Shown: positions 49,809 to 62,338, counted from the stretch's first letter. The stretch: 64,000 nt of DNA from an uncultured delta proteobacterium (GCA_963745835.1 CAVUZH010000013.1:96001-160000), one strand, 5' to 3'. The notes: generated by a model from the sequence alone, not told the origin. Program-made: numbers and translations.

Positions 49809-50306
49809 GTTGAGGCTCTGGCTGGCCGATTAGAATAATGGTCCATAGGCTTTGTTCCCTCCACACACCACCCTGCGCCTACTCAATGATTGATTGCTGT
49901 CTAAGATTAGACACTTTCTAACGGCCTCCTTCTGTTTGCATCTGGGGGATCAAAAAGCACCGATGGGCTTCCGAGGTGGAAGTGAGCTGCTGGTTTAATC
50001 TGCTGCACTGCGCTCAGCAGTGTGTCTTCCGGACACTTGATTTCCACTCTCGGCAAAACTTCATAACAGACGCAGGATGATCTCGCACAAATCTGTTCTC
50101 GCGCTTAAACGGCCAGCCAGAACCGGTAGCTTGAAATAGGAGTCCTCGATGGCCAGTCTGCTCTACAAATCACCATATTGTCATTCTACAGCTCCTCAAT
50201 TCACAAACCGATGGGGCTGGTCGGTTGTCGCCTGATGGGTTGAGGATGATCGCCAGAAGTTGCGTCCGATCAAGAATTGGTTTCAGCAAGTTGAGTTGAT
50301 CAGCAG

Positions 50307-50972
50307 CTACTCAGGGTCGGACGCTCGCCAACCCTCACCGTAGCGAAGCTCGGTGAAAGCCAGTGGCTCAGCGCGACCTGGCTGCCGGAGCAGATGCCAG
50401 AGGTGGTCGTATTCAGTGCGCGGGTAGCAGCTATTATCAGTGCAGGGTACGCACATGCTGCCTGGAGTGCAGGACTGGCCATGCGACGCAACCGGGATGC
50501 CCAGTCGATTCAGAATTGCAAAAATATTTTCGCTGTTCAGCGCCGCAAGCGCGACGCTCCCGGGCGGAAGGTTAAGCAAGGCTGCTGAGATCGGCTCTAT
50601 CGGGGCTCGCCGTGAGGTTTGCTCTGTGACCGGTTGCGCGTCGAGGGTTGAGCCGGGCACCGGCAACTGGATCACCGCGAGGCCCTGCGCTGACGCAATG
50701 GCTTCGACCATCTGGCGAGCACGAGTGGTGTGGCTCGCGAAGATGTGCGTGAACTTTACGCCGCGTACCGTCTGAACCAATAACTCCGCTCTCTGGCGCC
50801 CTGCTGCGGTCAGCGGCAACGCCGGCAGCGAACCATCCGTCTCGGAGTGCCGAACAATGAAAATGGAAACAGGCTGCGCTTGAGCGTGCGGCTGATCTGG
50901 CGGCAAGAATTGCGCGGCGATAATGAGAAATGCGGTGACCAGAATATTGCGACCAATTTTGCGAATGCGCAT
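50307..50972 (-). CDS. Exported histidine-phosphatase-superfamily protein
   Basis: Signal peptide, IFIVRHSET, LTAAGRQRA and FASHTTRARQ. GGAGG RBS before ATG 50972. Confidence 0.8.
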   Translation of the reverse strand: MRIRKIGRNILVTAFLIIAAQFLPPDQPHAQAQPVSIFIVRHSETDGSLPALPLTAAGRQRAELLVQTVRGVKFTHIFASHTTRARQMVEAIASAQGLAVIQLPVPGSTLDAQPVTEQTSRRAPIEPISAALLNLPPGSVALAALNSENIFAILNRLGIPVASHGQSCTPGSMCVPCTDNSCYPRTEYDHLWHLLRQPGRAEPLAFTELRYGEGWRASDPE

Positions 50973-51003
50973 ATAGTACCTCCACTGTGTTGATGACTGC
51001 GTC

Positions 51004-51057
51004 GCGAAACGTTTCGGGTGAGCGGTGTCCGCGCGCCATCTAACCCGGTGGTTTGGC
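51004..51057 (-). mobile_element. Degenerate attC-like site
   Basis: Minus strand GCCAAAC-caccGGGTTAG...CTCACCCgaaac-GTTTCGC, 54 bp, directly upstream of the phosphatase RBS. Confidence 0.5.
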
Positions 51058-51539
51058 GTCCCGTTCAGTTCCGTCGTTATTTTCGGCCGATCTCGGGCTC
51101 CCACTAAACAGCTCGGCCTCGACCGATCCACGACGGGGAGCCAACGCAAATCCGAAGCGCCGAAAGTTTTGATGCGGATGAAGTTCTCAAGCAGCGCCTA
51201 AGAATGTTCACCATATAAGGCTCGGTAGCGAATGCTGTCTACTAATGGACAACTAGAAAGATTATCGTGGAAATCGATCTACTTACGTGCCGTGCATGCG
51301 GGCTTTACTGGAGCGCCCGACCGCTGATTTAAGACGATTGCCCTGATGGATAATTCAATGCGATCTCGTGGCTAAAATAAAGCTAGAAACAATTTTATAC
51401 CTATGTTTACTGGAACAGTGCGGCACCAATCACGGAGATGACCCAACGATTGCGCCTCGTACGTGTCCAGCAGGTAAAAAGTCGCACCCAGTCACAGCAA
51501 TGCTGCCCCGCGGAATCTGCGCGCTCATATTCCCCGAAC

Positions 51540-54500
51540 CTACAACGCCGCGGTTATCGGCAGCGAAAAAGTAAAACTCGATCCCTTGCCAACCTCGCTC
51601 GTCAGCCAGATTTTGCCGCCGTGCAGCTCGACAAACTTCTTCGCCAAAGTTAATCCGAGTCCGGTCCCTTCGCTCTTGTGCTCGTAATCGGAGCCTACCT
51701 GGCGAAACTCCTCGAAGATCCTGGGCTGGTCCTCAGGCGCGATCCCGATGCCTGTGTCAGTTACCGAGATCTCCACAGCACCGTTACTTTGTATCGCGTT
51801 AATTTCGATCCGGCCTCCCTCCGGGGTGAACTTCACCGCGTTAGACAGCAGATTAAGAAGGATCTGCTTGATCTTTCGCTCGTCGCCGATGAAATCCCCG
51901 AGGCGCTCGTCAATCGCGACATCAACCGTGATGCCATGCCGTGTGGCGCGCTCGCGGACAAAGGTGCGCGCATTGTCTATGGCTAAAGGAAGATCGAATG
52001 TAGCCAGCTCCAGTTCCATGCGGCCGGCCTCGACCTTGGCGAGATCGAGTATCTCATTGATGAGAGATAAAAGATGGCGGCCGGAGGAAAGGATGTCTTC
52101 GGTGTACTCGGCCTGTTTTTCGTTTAATTCACCGAACAGTCTTTCGCCCAATACTTCGGAGAAGCCGATGATGGCATTGAGCGGCGTGCGTAGCTCGTGC
52201 GACATGTTGGCGAGGAATTCGGATTTGTGCCGGTTCGCCGCTTCGATCTGCCGGCTCTTGTCTTCGATCTCGCGGAATAGCCGGGCGTTTTGAATCGCCA
52301 ACACCGACTGCGTCGCAAAGGTTTTCAGAAGCTCGATGACTTCGGGGCGAAACTCGCCGGTCGATTTGCGCCGTACCACCAACCCGCCGATGATGCGGTC
52401 TTCACGCAGCAAGGGAACGGCCAGGCTGGCACGGAAACCGAATCGCTCGAGCAACTGCCGCATGCGCGGCGCGTAAGCGCGCTCTTCTAAGATATTGGGA
52501 ACTTGCACGGGTTCACGGCTCGCCGCGGCCCGTCCGACCACTCCGTCTCCTAACCGTGGTGGATGGGCGCGCAGCGCAGTGATGAGTTCCTCTTCCATAT
52601 GATCGGTGGCGCGCAGGAGAAACTCTTCCGAGGGCTCGTCGTATTCGTAAATCGCCCCGCCGTCGGTGCCGCTTAACTGAACCGCATGGGAAACGATTCT
52701 CGTCAGCACGGTTTCGAGATCTAGAGTCGAGCTTACCGCTTGACCGACTTCGCCGAGCGCTTTCAATTCGCCTACCGAGCGAGTCAATTCGTTGGTGCGT
52801 TCATCTAATTCTTTGAACAGTCGGACATTCTCGATGGCGATGACGGCTTGAGCAGCAAAAGTTTCGAGCAATTTGATTTGTTTGTCTGAGAAGGGTCGAA
52901 CCTCCATTCGCCTAATATTGATTGCGCCAATGGGAGTTCCCTCTCTGAGCATCGGCGCGCTAAGAAATGTCCGGACTCCCCGGCGTACGCCCTCGCTGTC
53001 AGGGAATTCCGTTTTAACTTCCTGGAGATCATGAATATGTAAGGTCTCCCGAGTAGAAATCGCTCGGCCCGTAGGGTTTCCCGGTATGGTGAGCCTAAAC
53101 TCCGGGGCTGGGAGAGTTCCAAACGATGCTGCTAATCGTGTTCCGTCACCCTCAATCAGACGAATCTGTGCATCAGTTGCTTCGCAGAGTCGGGCGGCAT
53201 TTACTGCCACGGTATCTAACACCGGCTGAATATCGGTCGGCGAACTGGCGATGACACTGAGGATCTCGCTCGTGGCAGTTTGCTGTTCCAGAGATTCCTT
53301 TAATTCGGTGAACAGCCGGACGTTCTCGATGGCGATGACCGCTTGATCGGCGAAAGTTTTGAGAAGAGCGATTTGCTTATCGGAGAACGGGCGGACTTCG
53401 GTTCGGCGAATCAAAATAGCTCCGATTGCAACCTCTTCGCGAAGCAATGGTGCAGCCAGGAGAGTACGAATACCGAGTGGTTTAGAGAAAGCATAGCCTT
53501 CGGGAAACTCGGCCTGAGCCTCAGGCGTCAACACGTCAGCTAGGTGTATAACCTCGCGGTCAATCATAGCTCTGCCTGGAGGTAGACCCCGGATGAGAGG
53601 TCTAGCTGAACCGCTTTGAGCAATAGGCATCGTTCCATGAGAGGCCACATGCCGATAGCCGCTGCCGTCAATACGGTAAATAATGGCATCGGTTGCATCA
53701 CAAACTCGCGCGGCATTTTCTGCAACCACATCAAGACAGGCTGAATATCCGTCGGCGAGCTGGCGATCACGCCCAAGATCTCGCTGTCGCAGTTTGCTGT
53801 TCCAGGATTCTTAGTTCGTGAACAGCCGGACGTTTTCGATGGCGATCACCGCTTGGTCGGCGAAGGTTTTAAGAAGAGCGATTTGCTTATCTGTGAACGG
53901 ACGAACTTCGGTTCGCCGGATCAAAATAACTCCGATTGCAACCTCTTCGCGAAGCAGTGGTGCAGCCAGGAGAGTATGAATACCGAGTGGTTTAGAGAAA
54001 GCATAGCCTTCGGGAAATTCGATCTGAGCCTCAGGCGCCAACACATCAGCTACGTGTATAACTTCGCGGTCAATCATAGCTCTGCCTGGAGGTAGACCCC
54101 GGATGAGAGGTCTAGCTGAACCGCTTTGGGCAATAGGCATCGGTTCCATAAGAGGCCACAGGCCGATAGTCACTATCGTCCATACGGTAAATAATGGCAT
54201 CGGTTGCATCACAAACTCGCGCGGCATTTTGTGCAACCACATCGAGCACGGGTTGAATATCGGTCGGTGAGCTGGCGATCACGCCGAGGATCTCGCTGGT
54301 CGCCGTCTGCTGTTCTAACGATTCTTTGAGTTCTTGAAACAACCGCACGTTCTCGATGGCGATGACCGCTTGGTCGGCGAAGGTTTCGAGAAGCTTGATC
54401 TGTGCCGGAGTGAAGGGGCGCACCTCAGTGCGGCGTGCGAACAATCCTCCAACGACTTTTCCATGCTGACGGAGGGGAGCGCCTAAGAACGTGCGCCATC

Positions 54501-57500
54501 CGCTGAGAGAAGGGACAGGTGGAAGATCGTTTTGAGCACGGACATCGGGCACGTGGAGCACGCCATGCTCGCCCATCCAGCGAATCCATGGTTCGTCATC
54601 ATGAATCTCGATGTGTACGACGGGTATGGACCCAATATGAGCTCGCGGAATCATGGTGTTTCCGTCCCTGCAGGCGCAGCAGCACGTCATCGATCCCACA
54701 AACCCGCGCCGCGCTTTCGACAATGGCGTCGAGGACCGGCTGCACGTCTGTCGGCGAGCGGCTGATGATGCCGAGCACCTCGGCGGTTGCGGTCTGATGC
54801 TCCAGGGCTTCGTGCAACTCTGCGTTGCGCTCCTGGAGTTCTTTGAACAGCCGCACGTTCTCAATAGCGATCACTGCCTGGTCGGCAAAAGTCTTGAGAA
54901 GCGCGATCTGTTTGTCTGTAAAGGCACCAGGGTACGATCGGTTTACCCCGATGGCTCCGATGGGCCGTCCTTCGCGGAGCAGCGGCGCGGCTAAGAGAGC
55001 TTTGACCTCTCCGGCATTCTCCGCGTGCAGTCGGAAATCAGGATCTTGTCGTACGTCGGGTATGTGGATCACCGTGGAATCCAGAACTGCACGTTCCATT
55101 GCGGATTCTCTGGTTGGATGGTGCGGGAATCTTCGCCGCATGGCATCGTGCGCTTCCGCCGAGACATTATGCTGGGCAGCTAAGTGGACCATCTCGCCAT
55201 CGAAGCGGACCACGCTGCATCCTGACCCCTCGCACAATCGAGCAGCGTTCTTGACGATAGTGTCGAATACTGGCTGAACATCCGTTGGCGAACTGCTGAT
55301 AACAGAAAGAATCTCACTCGTGGCGGTCTGTTGCTCCAACGATTCGGTGAGATCGCGGTTCCGAATTTCGAGTTCCTTGAACAAGCGGACGTTCTCGATA
55401 GCGATGACCGCTTGGTCGGCAAAGGTTTTGAGGAGCGCAATCTGCTTCTCGAGTAAAGGACGGACTTCGGTGCGGCGGATCATGATCGCTCCGATGGCGA
55501 TACCTTCGCGCAGTAACGGAGTAGCTAAGCATCGTGCGAATCGCCATACTGTGCGACGATACTCCAAGCTCGGAAATTCCTTCTACACGCTCAGCATCAT
55601 GTCTGCATGATGGACAATTTGCCGGTCCACAACCGCACGGCCGACTAACGGACATCCGATCTTAACGGTCGCGTCCCGCCGATGGCAAGATCGGCCACGG
55701 AATATGAACCATAGCTGCAGCTTCAAGACGGATCATTCGCCTTCGACACGGTCAGATTGTCGCATCGTTTGCGTCACACAGACGCGCGCCGCATTCTCGG
55801 CGACCGTATCCAGCACAGGCTGAATATCGGTCGGCGAGCTAGCTATGACGCCCAGGATCTCGCTGGTCGCTGTCTGCTGCTCCAATGCTTCTTTCAGTTC
55901 TCGGAATAATCGCGCGTTCTCGATCGCTATCACGGCCTGGTCGGCGAAGGTTTCGAGGAGCTTGATCTGCGCCGGGGTGAAGGGGCGGACCTCGGTGCGA
56001 CGTGCGAACAGTCCTCCAATCAGTTCGCTTTGCTGACGAAGGGGAACGACCAGGAAGGTCCGCCAGCCGCCGGTAACCGCCATCCGTGAATCGGTCTGGT
56101 CACTGGCGTCGGGAATGTGCAGCGTGCCATGCTCGCGCATCCAGCCAAACTGTGGCTCATCGATACTGATTTCGACGCGGTTGATAACTAAGGGACCAAA
56201 ATGAGCCCGACAAACCATGGCGTTGCCGTCTTGGAGTCGCAACACCACATCATCGATCCCGCAAACCCGCGCGGCGCTCTCGACGATCGCGTCGAGCACC
56301 GGCTGCACGTCCGTGGGCGAGCGGCTGATGATGCTGAGCACCTCGGCGGTGGCCGTCTGATGCTCCAGGGCTTCGCGCAATTCGGAGTTGCGCTCTTCTA
56401 GTTCCTTGAACAGGCGCACGTTCTCGATGGCGATGACCGCCTGGTCGGCGAAGGTTTTGAGGAGAGCGATCTGTTTTTCCGAAAAAGGACGTACTTCGGT
56501 TCGGCGAATATGAATTGCCCCGATCGCAAGTCCTTCGCGCAGTAATGGAGTAGTTAAGATAGTTCGGATCTTGCCGGTGTGAAAACTATCTGAAAATTCC
56601 GCTCTAAACTCCGGCACCAAAACGTCGTGGATGTGCACGGTTTCTTTGTCGATCATCGCTCGGCCGCTCGGAATCGAGCGAATCAGTGGCCGACGCTTCT
56701 CGGAATCGGCCACTGGAGTTGAACCATGCGCCGCGACAAGCCAAAATTCATCGCCGTCAGTACGCCAGATCGCCGCATCGCCCGCATCGCAGAGTCGCGC
56801 GGCGGTCTTGGCGACGATGTCGAGGACAGGCTGAAGGTCCGTCGGCGAGCTGGCGATGACGCCAAGAATCTCATTGGTGGCGGTCTGTTGTTCCAATGAC
56901 TCCTTGAGCTCGTTGAATAATCGTACGTTCTCAAGCGCGATAACAGCCTGATCGGCGAAGGTTTCAACAAGTTTGATTTGATTGTCGGTGAATGGCCGCA
57001 CTTCGTTGTAATGAGAAGTGACGATCACCCCGAGCAGCGTGTCTTCTTTGAGCAACGGCACGGCTAAAGTGCTGAGCCGGTTCTCCCTGCGATACGCATC
57101 GGTCTGGTAAGCATCGAAGCCAGCCGCGGCGACAACATCAGGCACGTGAATGGTTCGTCGCTCCAGAGCCGCGCGTCGGCTTGCAGTCTCTGTTCCGGGC
57201 CGGACCGAGTAGTTTTCCATACGCGCCATATTCTCAGGATCGAGATTGTGTCCCACGGCGAATCGCAGAAATTCGCCATCGAACCGGAATAACGCGGCGT
57301 TCTGTGTGCCGCACAGACGTGTAGCGTTGGCGAGGATCGTCTCGAAGACCGGCTGCAAGTCGGCCGGCGAACTGCTGATCGCGCCCAGAATCTCACTGGT
57401 CGCAGTTTGTTGCTCCAGCGCTTCGCTCAGATCGCGGTTGCGATCCTGCAATTCTTTGAACAGACGAACGTTTTCGATGGCGATGACCGCCTGGTCGGCG

Positions 57501-59908
57501 AAAGTTTTGAGAAGCGCGATTTGCTTGTCTGAGAATGGACGAACCTCAAGACGACGGAAATGAATAACTCCCGAGCGCGACGCCTTCGCGTATCAACGGG
57601 ACGGCAAGAAACGTTCGCGCGACAATCTGACGGCGAGTTTCAAGCATCTCTGGATATTCCGACTCAATCAGCTGATCCACATCCTCATGATGGATAATTG
57701 CCTGATCCATCACGGCTCGCCCTGGCGGTGATTGCCGGTTGATAGGGCGTTCTACCGCTACGTGGGGTATTGATCCGTAATGAGCTGCCAAGCGCAGCAC
57801 GTTTCCATCCACCAACCGCAACACGCCGTCTTTCGCGCCGCACACTCGCGTGGCACGCTCGGTGATGGTTTCTAAGGAGTAACGGCTTGCTGCATGGGTT
57901 CCGCGTGTTGAAATTCGTTTTCAATATCCGCGGCGAGCTCATGGATATGGATCGTTTGCCGATCGAGAATTGCTCGACCGGCGGGCCGTCCACGAGCGAT
58001 CGACATTCCACCCCGGCGAACTGATGGGCATGTAACCATAGACAGCCGCTACTCGAAGAAGGTTACCGTCAGACGATGGATGACGGCCTCTCTGGAATCA
58101 CACAGCTTCGCGGCGTTTTCAGCGACCACGTCCAAGCACCGGCTGGATGTCCGTCGGCGAGCTAGCGATGACGCCCAGGATCTCGACTGGTCGCTGTCTG
58201 CTGCTCCAATGCCTCTGTGAGTTCTTTGAACAGCCGCACGTTCTCGATCGCGATCACGGCCTGATCGGCAAAGGTCTCGAAAAGCTTGATCTGCGCCGGG
58301 GTGAAGGGACGAACTTCGGTGCGACGGGCGATCAGCAATCCAATGAATTCGCTTTGTAGTCGAAGCGGTGCGGCTAAGAAGCAGCGAAAGCCGCTGGCGA
58401 CACCAAACACTGAAAAGTCATCCTGCGCGGCGCGGGTGTCTGGAATGTGGAGCGTGCCATGCTCGCGTATCCAGCGAAAATGTGGGGTGCGGTCAATATT
58501 TAGCTCAACACGGCCACTGGCTATGGATACCGGACCAACATGAGCCCGCGCAACTACAACGTCACCCTCACGCAGTCGCAGCACCACGTCATCGATACCG
58601 CAAACCTTCGCGGCGCTCTCGACGATGGCGTCGAGCACCGGCTGCACGTCCGTCGGCGAGCGGCTGATGATGCCGAGCACCTCGGCGGTTGCGGTCTGAT
58701 GCTCCAGGGCCTCGCGCAATTCCCTGTTGCGCTCGCCGAGTTCCTTGAATAAGCGCACGTTCTCGATGGCGATAACTGCTTGATCGGCGAAGGTTTTAAG
58801 AAGAGCGATCTGTTTGTCCGTGAAGGGGCGAACTTCCGTGCGACGGATTACGACATTTCCAATCGCATCGCCCTCTCGCAGCAATGGCGTAGCCAGGATC
58901 GTGCGCACGCCGGTACGTTCGTAAAGTGTTCTGGCTCCCGGAAATTCAGTATCAAACCCTGCACTAATATCGTGGATGTGAATCGTCTGCCGATCGATAA
59001 TGGCTCGCCCGCCCACATGGCCTCGGTTGAAAACACTCGCTTCGTCGGGCGTAGCCATTGAGCCATAAGAAGCCACTCGACGAAGAAGATCACCCTCAAC
59101 CCGATTGATCTGGGCATCCGTTGCACCGCACAGCCGAGCGGCATTCTCCGCCACCACATCAACACTGGCTGGATATCCGTCGGCGAGCTGGCGATAACCT
59201 GGAGAATTTCGCTCGTGGCAGTCTGCTGCTCGAGATTCCGCATTCCGAGTTGGAGATTCACTCGATTTTTTTGCTGCGAGTTCTTCAAACAGCCGAGCAT
59301 TCTCAATCGCGATCACCGCCTGGTCCGCGAAGGTTTCCAGTAACTTGATCTGCCGCTCTGTAAAAGGTCGAGCCTCGATGCGGCGGAGCAGTATCGCTCC
59401 AATCGGAACACCCCGTCTAAGCAATGGCGTTGAGAGTACAGTCCTATTGCCGTGGCGCTGCGCAAGTTCCCGTGCCCGTGGATACTCCGATACTGGTGTA
59501 TTCAAGATGTCGTGAACGTGAATCGTTTGTCTGTCCAGCATCGATCGGCCCGCGACACTGCCCCGGTCGAGCGGCACACGTTCCTGGCGGGGAGTGACAG
59601 AAATCGGACCATAAGAAGCCACGGCCCGATGTCCCTCATCATCAAGACTCAAAATTTGCGCATCGATAGAATTGCACAACCGCGCTGCGCGCTCGGCAAT
59701 CGCGTCAAGCAAATGCTGAAGATCGCCTGTCGCCGTGGCGATCATCCGCAGGATGTCATTGGTGGCGTTCTCCCGCTGTAACGATTCCGCGAGTTCTCGC
59801 CGCACCTCGGCAATCGTTTGCGCTTTCTTAGATACTCGGCGCTTTCACTGCCGCACGGCGGGGTTTTACTTTATTGCTCTGAGAACCTTTTTTAATGTTC
59901 TTTGGCAT
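51540..59908 (-). CDS. Giant cytoplasmic poly-GAF histidine kinase (about 15 GAF domains plus HisKA/HATPase), split by many frameshifts
   Basis: Successive overlapping ORFs repeat [20 protein letters not shown]...RPF...[20 protein letters not shown]. The C-terminus has [20 protein letters not shown] and GTGLGL. The start is uncertain (ATG 59908, or GTG 59805). Confidence 0.85.
53307..54300 (-). repeat. Near-identical tandem GAF-coding repeat (two units of about 0.5 kb)
   Basis: Long identical runs, e.g. cgcggtcaatcatagctctgcctggaggtagaccccggatgagaggtctagctgaaccgcttt near 53555 and near 54065. Confidence 0.88.
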
Positions 59909-60198
59909 AAGCAAAAGAGCGAAACTGAGATATCGATCGGGGAGAAAAAGTGCGTGGAGAGGATCGGGGTGCGCCGCGGAAAACAGCTCCCCAGCGGCTC
60001 AGCTAAGTCTTACTTCAGGTGGGCTGGTGGCGTCAATCAAGAAATCACCTCTGCGAGCATGGCGCACCGTCAGTTTGAGATCTGCGGTTTTTGCATCTTT
60101 GCGCCAGGATTTCGCATGGATCTTTGTTACCGCCAGACGCGCCTCACTCCGGTATGCTGTGGTATTGGTCCGTTGGAGAACTCATGCCTTTGAGGCTG

Positions 60199-61182
60199 TC
60201 ATTTAATTATCTGATCCGCCCGTGCAAGCAGGTTCGGCGGAATGGTGACGCCAATCTGTTGGGCAGTCTTGAGATTGATCGACAGATCGAATTTGGTCGG
60301 TTGCACCAGAGTTAAATCTTCCGGCTTGGCGCCTTTGAAAATCTGATCGACATATTCTGCGGCGCGCCGCGACAACTCCGCCAGGTTCGCCCCATAGCTC
60401 AGCAGTCCACCGGCTTCGACAAAAGCGCTTCGATCGTAGATCGCCGGCAGCCGGTGCTTGAGGGCTAGTTGGGCAATCCTCTCGAGATTACTGCTGAACA
60501 TGGCATCGGTGATGACCAAGAGAGCGCTTGCGCCTCCCTTGGAGGCTCTTCCGATGGCGCTGTCTAGCTCGCTGCTGTTACCGGCGCTCACCGATTGAAA
60601 AGTCAGCCCCGAAGAACGCGCTCCGAGTTCAGCATCCTTGAGGCTCCGGCGATGACCCGGATTATTTGGGTTTACCAAGGCATTGATTTGAGAAGCTTTG
60701 GGAAGAATTTGCTTGATCAGTTTCAATCGATCGTCAAAAAAGTCGGCGGACAATCGCGCCACCCCCGTGACGTTGCCGCCCGGATACATGAAACTTTTGA
60801 TGAGTCCCGTCTCCACCAGATCGCCGGCGCCGGCGACAACTATAGGAATGGTGCTCGTGGCTTTCTTGGCGGTGAGCGCAACCCGGGTGCCGCCAACCAC
60901 GATTACATCGACTTTGTCTTCGATCAGCTCGCGCGCGAGTTGTGGCAAGCGCTCGATCTTTCCTTCAGCGTATTTGTATTCGATGACGAGGTTTTGCCCC
61001 TCGACATAGCCGCGGCTCCTTAATCCCTGGCGCAGAGCTTCATCACGGTCCTCATTCATCGATGGTGAGCTTGAAGCCAAGACACCGACTTTCCAGATCT
61101 TCCCCGGCTGTTGTGCCTCTGCGAGTTGGAGCCAACCCAGAGCTAAGTTCAGGAATAGAAACAGCAAGATATTTTTCTTCAT
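60199..61182 (-). CDS. ABC-type substrate-binding protein (ABC_sub_bind type, orphan)
   Basis: GYVEGQNLVIEY, GGLLSYG and QPTKFDLSINLKTA. Signal peptide from ATG 61182. Paralog of 48158-49123. Confidence 0.92.
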   Translation of the reverse strand: MKKNILLFLFLNLALGWLQLAEAQQPGKIWKVGVLASSSPSMNEDRDEALRQGLRSRGYVEGQNLVIEYKYAEGKIERLPQLARELIEDKVDVIVVGGTRVALTAKKATSTIPIVVAGAGDLVETGLIKSFMYPGGNVTGVARLSADFFDDRLKLIKQILPKASQINALVNPNNPGHRRSLKDAELGARSSGLTFQSVSAGNSSELDSAIGRASKGGASALLVITDAMFSSNLERIAQLALKHRLPAIYDRSAFVEAGGLLSYGANLAELSRRAAEYVDQIFKGAKPEDLTLVQPTKFDLSINLKTAQQIGVTIPPNLLARADQIIK

Positions 61183-61303
61183 GTTCTTCTGGCTCTCGCC
61201 TCCATCACGTGCCTTTGCCTTCGTCATTTTGTTATTTCGCCGCAGGCTGCCTAACAAGAATATCGCCGTACATGCTTCGCCGGATTTCTGCATCTTCTCA
61301 CTC

Positions 61304-62338
61304 CTACTTCGACTCCAGAATCTGTTTAACTCGCTTGACGATCGAGGGCTCGATTTCATACAAGCCCTGCACCATCTTCTCTATGCCGGGTCCATCGATT
61401 GAGTCGATCTCGAGCTTCGCCTTTTCTGCCTCAGCCTTAAGCTGAGGATCCTTGAGAGTATCGATAAAGGCTTTCTGCAGTATTCGCACGCGCTCTTCGG
61501 GGACTTGTGGCGGAAGCGAATAGAGCCTTTGTTTGCCGTAAAGCTCGCTAGCGATCTGAAGGAGCTTTTTGCTTTCGTCGGTTTTGGCGTAATCGACAGC
61601 GAGAGGGACACCCTTCAGCTCGGGATGAGATTCAAGCATCGTCTGCAGCACAACGTGAACCTCTCTTGCCTTCAGCGCGTTGGCCCAAGTCACCTTCGCC
61701 GATTGCCATCCAAAGGCGCAGGTCCCATCGACTTCACCTGTTTCCGCGGCAATTCTGATATCGGCGGTACCCTTGTACCCCTCGATCAGCTGCAGGGGAA
61801 AACCTGTGGCGGCGGCGAGGAGCTTGGTATCATCGGTTCCGCTTGTGCCGGGGCCGATGGCCCCCAGCTTGACCGGTGTTTTAGCCTTGCGCCAATCCTC
61901 CGCCGTTTTTATTCCGCTGCGTTCGGTCGTGATGCATATGAGGGAATCCGCCGTCGGCATGCCGAGCCAGCCAAACTTGCGCCCGTCAAATTGCACCGCG
62001 GGGTTACCCATCAAGTGCTGCAGAATGAGAGGACCGGACCAATGCCCGATGACTGTTCCATCGCGAGGAGCGCTGTTGAAGACGAAATTGGCCGCAATCA
62101 GCATGGCTGCTCCAGGCATGTTTTGAACGACTGTGGAGGGTTTGCCGGGAACGTATTGAGAGAAGTAGCGCGCTATTAGCCGGGTGTAAGTATCATAACC
62201 TCCACCGGCGGATCCACCGACGATGAACTGAATTGCTTTGCCCTTGTAGAACTCCTCGACCGAGGCAGCAATCGCCGACGTGACCAGCGATCCCGAGATA
62301 AAGATAGCAAGCAAAAGTCCACAGAGTGCTTTGGTCAT
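61304..62338 (-). CDS. Bug/TctC-family tripartite tricarboxylate transporter solute-binding protein (orphan)
   Basis: IVGGSAGGGYDTYTR, VQNMPGA and GYKGTADIRIAAETGEVDG. Confidence 0.92.
   Translation of the reverse strand: MTKALCGLLLAIFISGSLVTSAIAASVEEFYKGKAIQFIVGGSAGGGYDTYTRLIARYFSQYVPGKPSTVVQNMPGAAMLIAANFVFNSAPRDGTVIGHWSGPLILQHLMGNPAVQFDGRKFGWLGMPTADSLICITTERSGIKTAEDWRKAKTPVKLGAIGPGTSGTDDTKLLAAATGFPLQLIEGYKGTADIRIAAETGEVDGTCAFGWQSAKVTWANALKAREVHVVLQTMLESHPELKGVPLAVDYAKTDESKKLLQIASELYGKQRLYSLPPQVPEERVRILQKAFIDTLKDPQLKAEAEKAKLEIDSIDGPGIEKMVQGLYEIEPSIVKRVKQILESK

Noticed and set aside
51090-51400. Possible decayed small ORF on the minus strand
   Set aside because: Interrupted by a stop codon, with no recognisable family.
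51540-59908. CRISPR array, DGR or programmed frameshifting in the repeated region
   Set aside because: The repeats are protein-coding GAF linkers about 0.5 kb apart. There is no cas gene or reverse transcriptase, differences between copies are not obviously adenine-restricted, and the frame breaks share no slippery motif.
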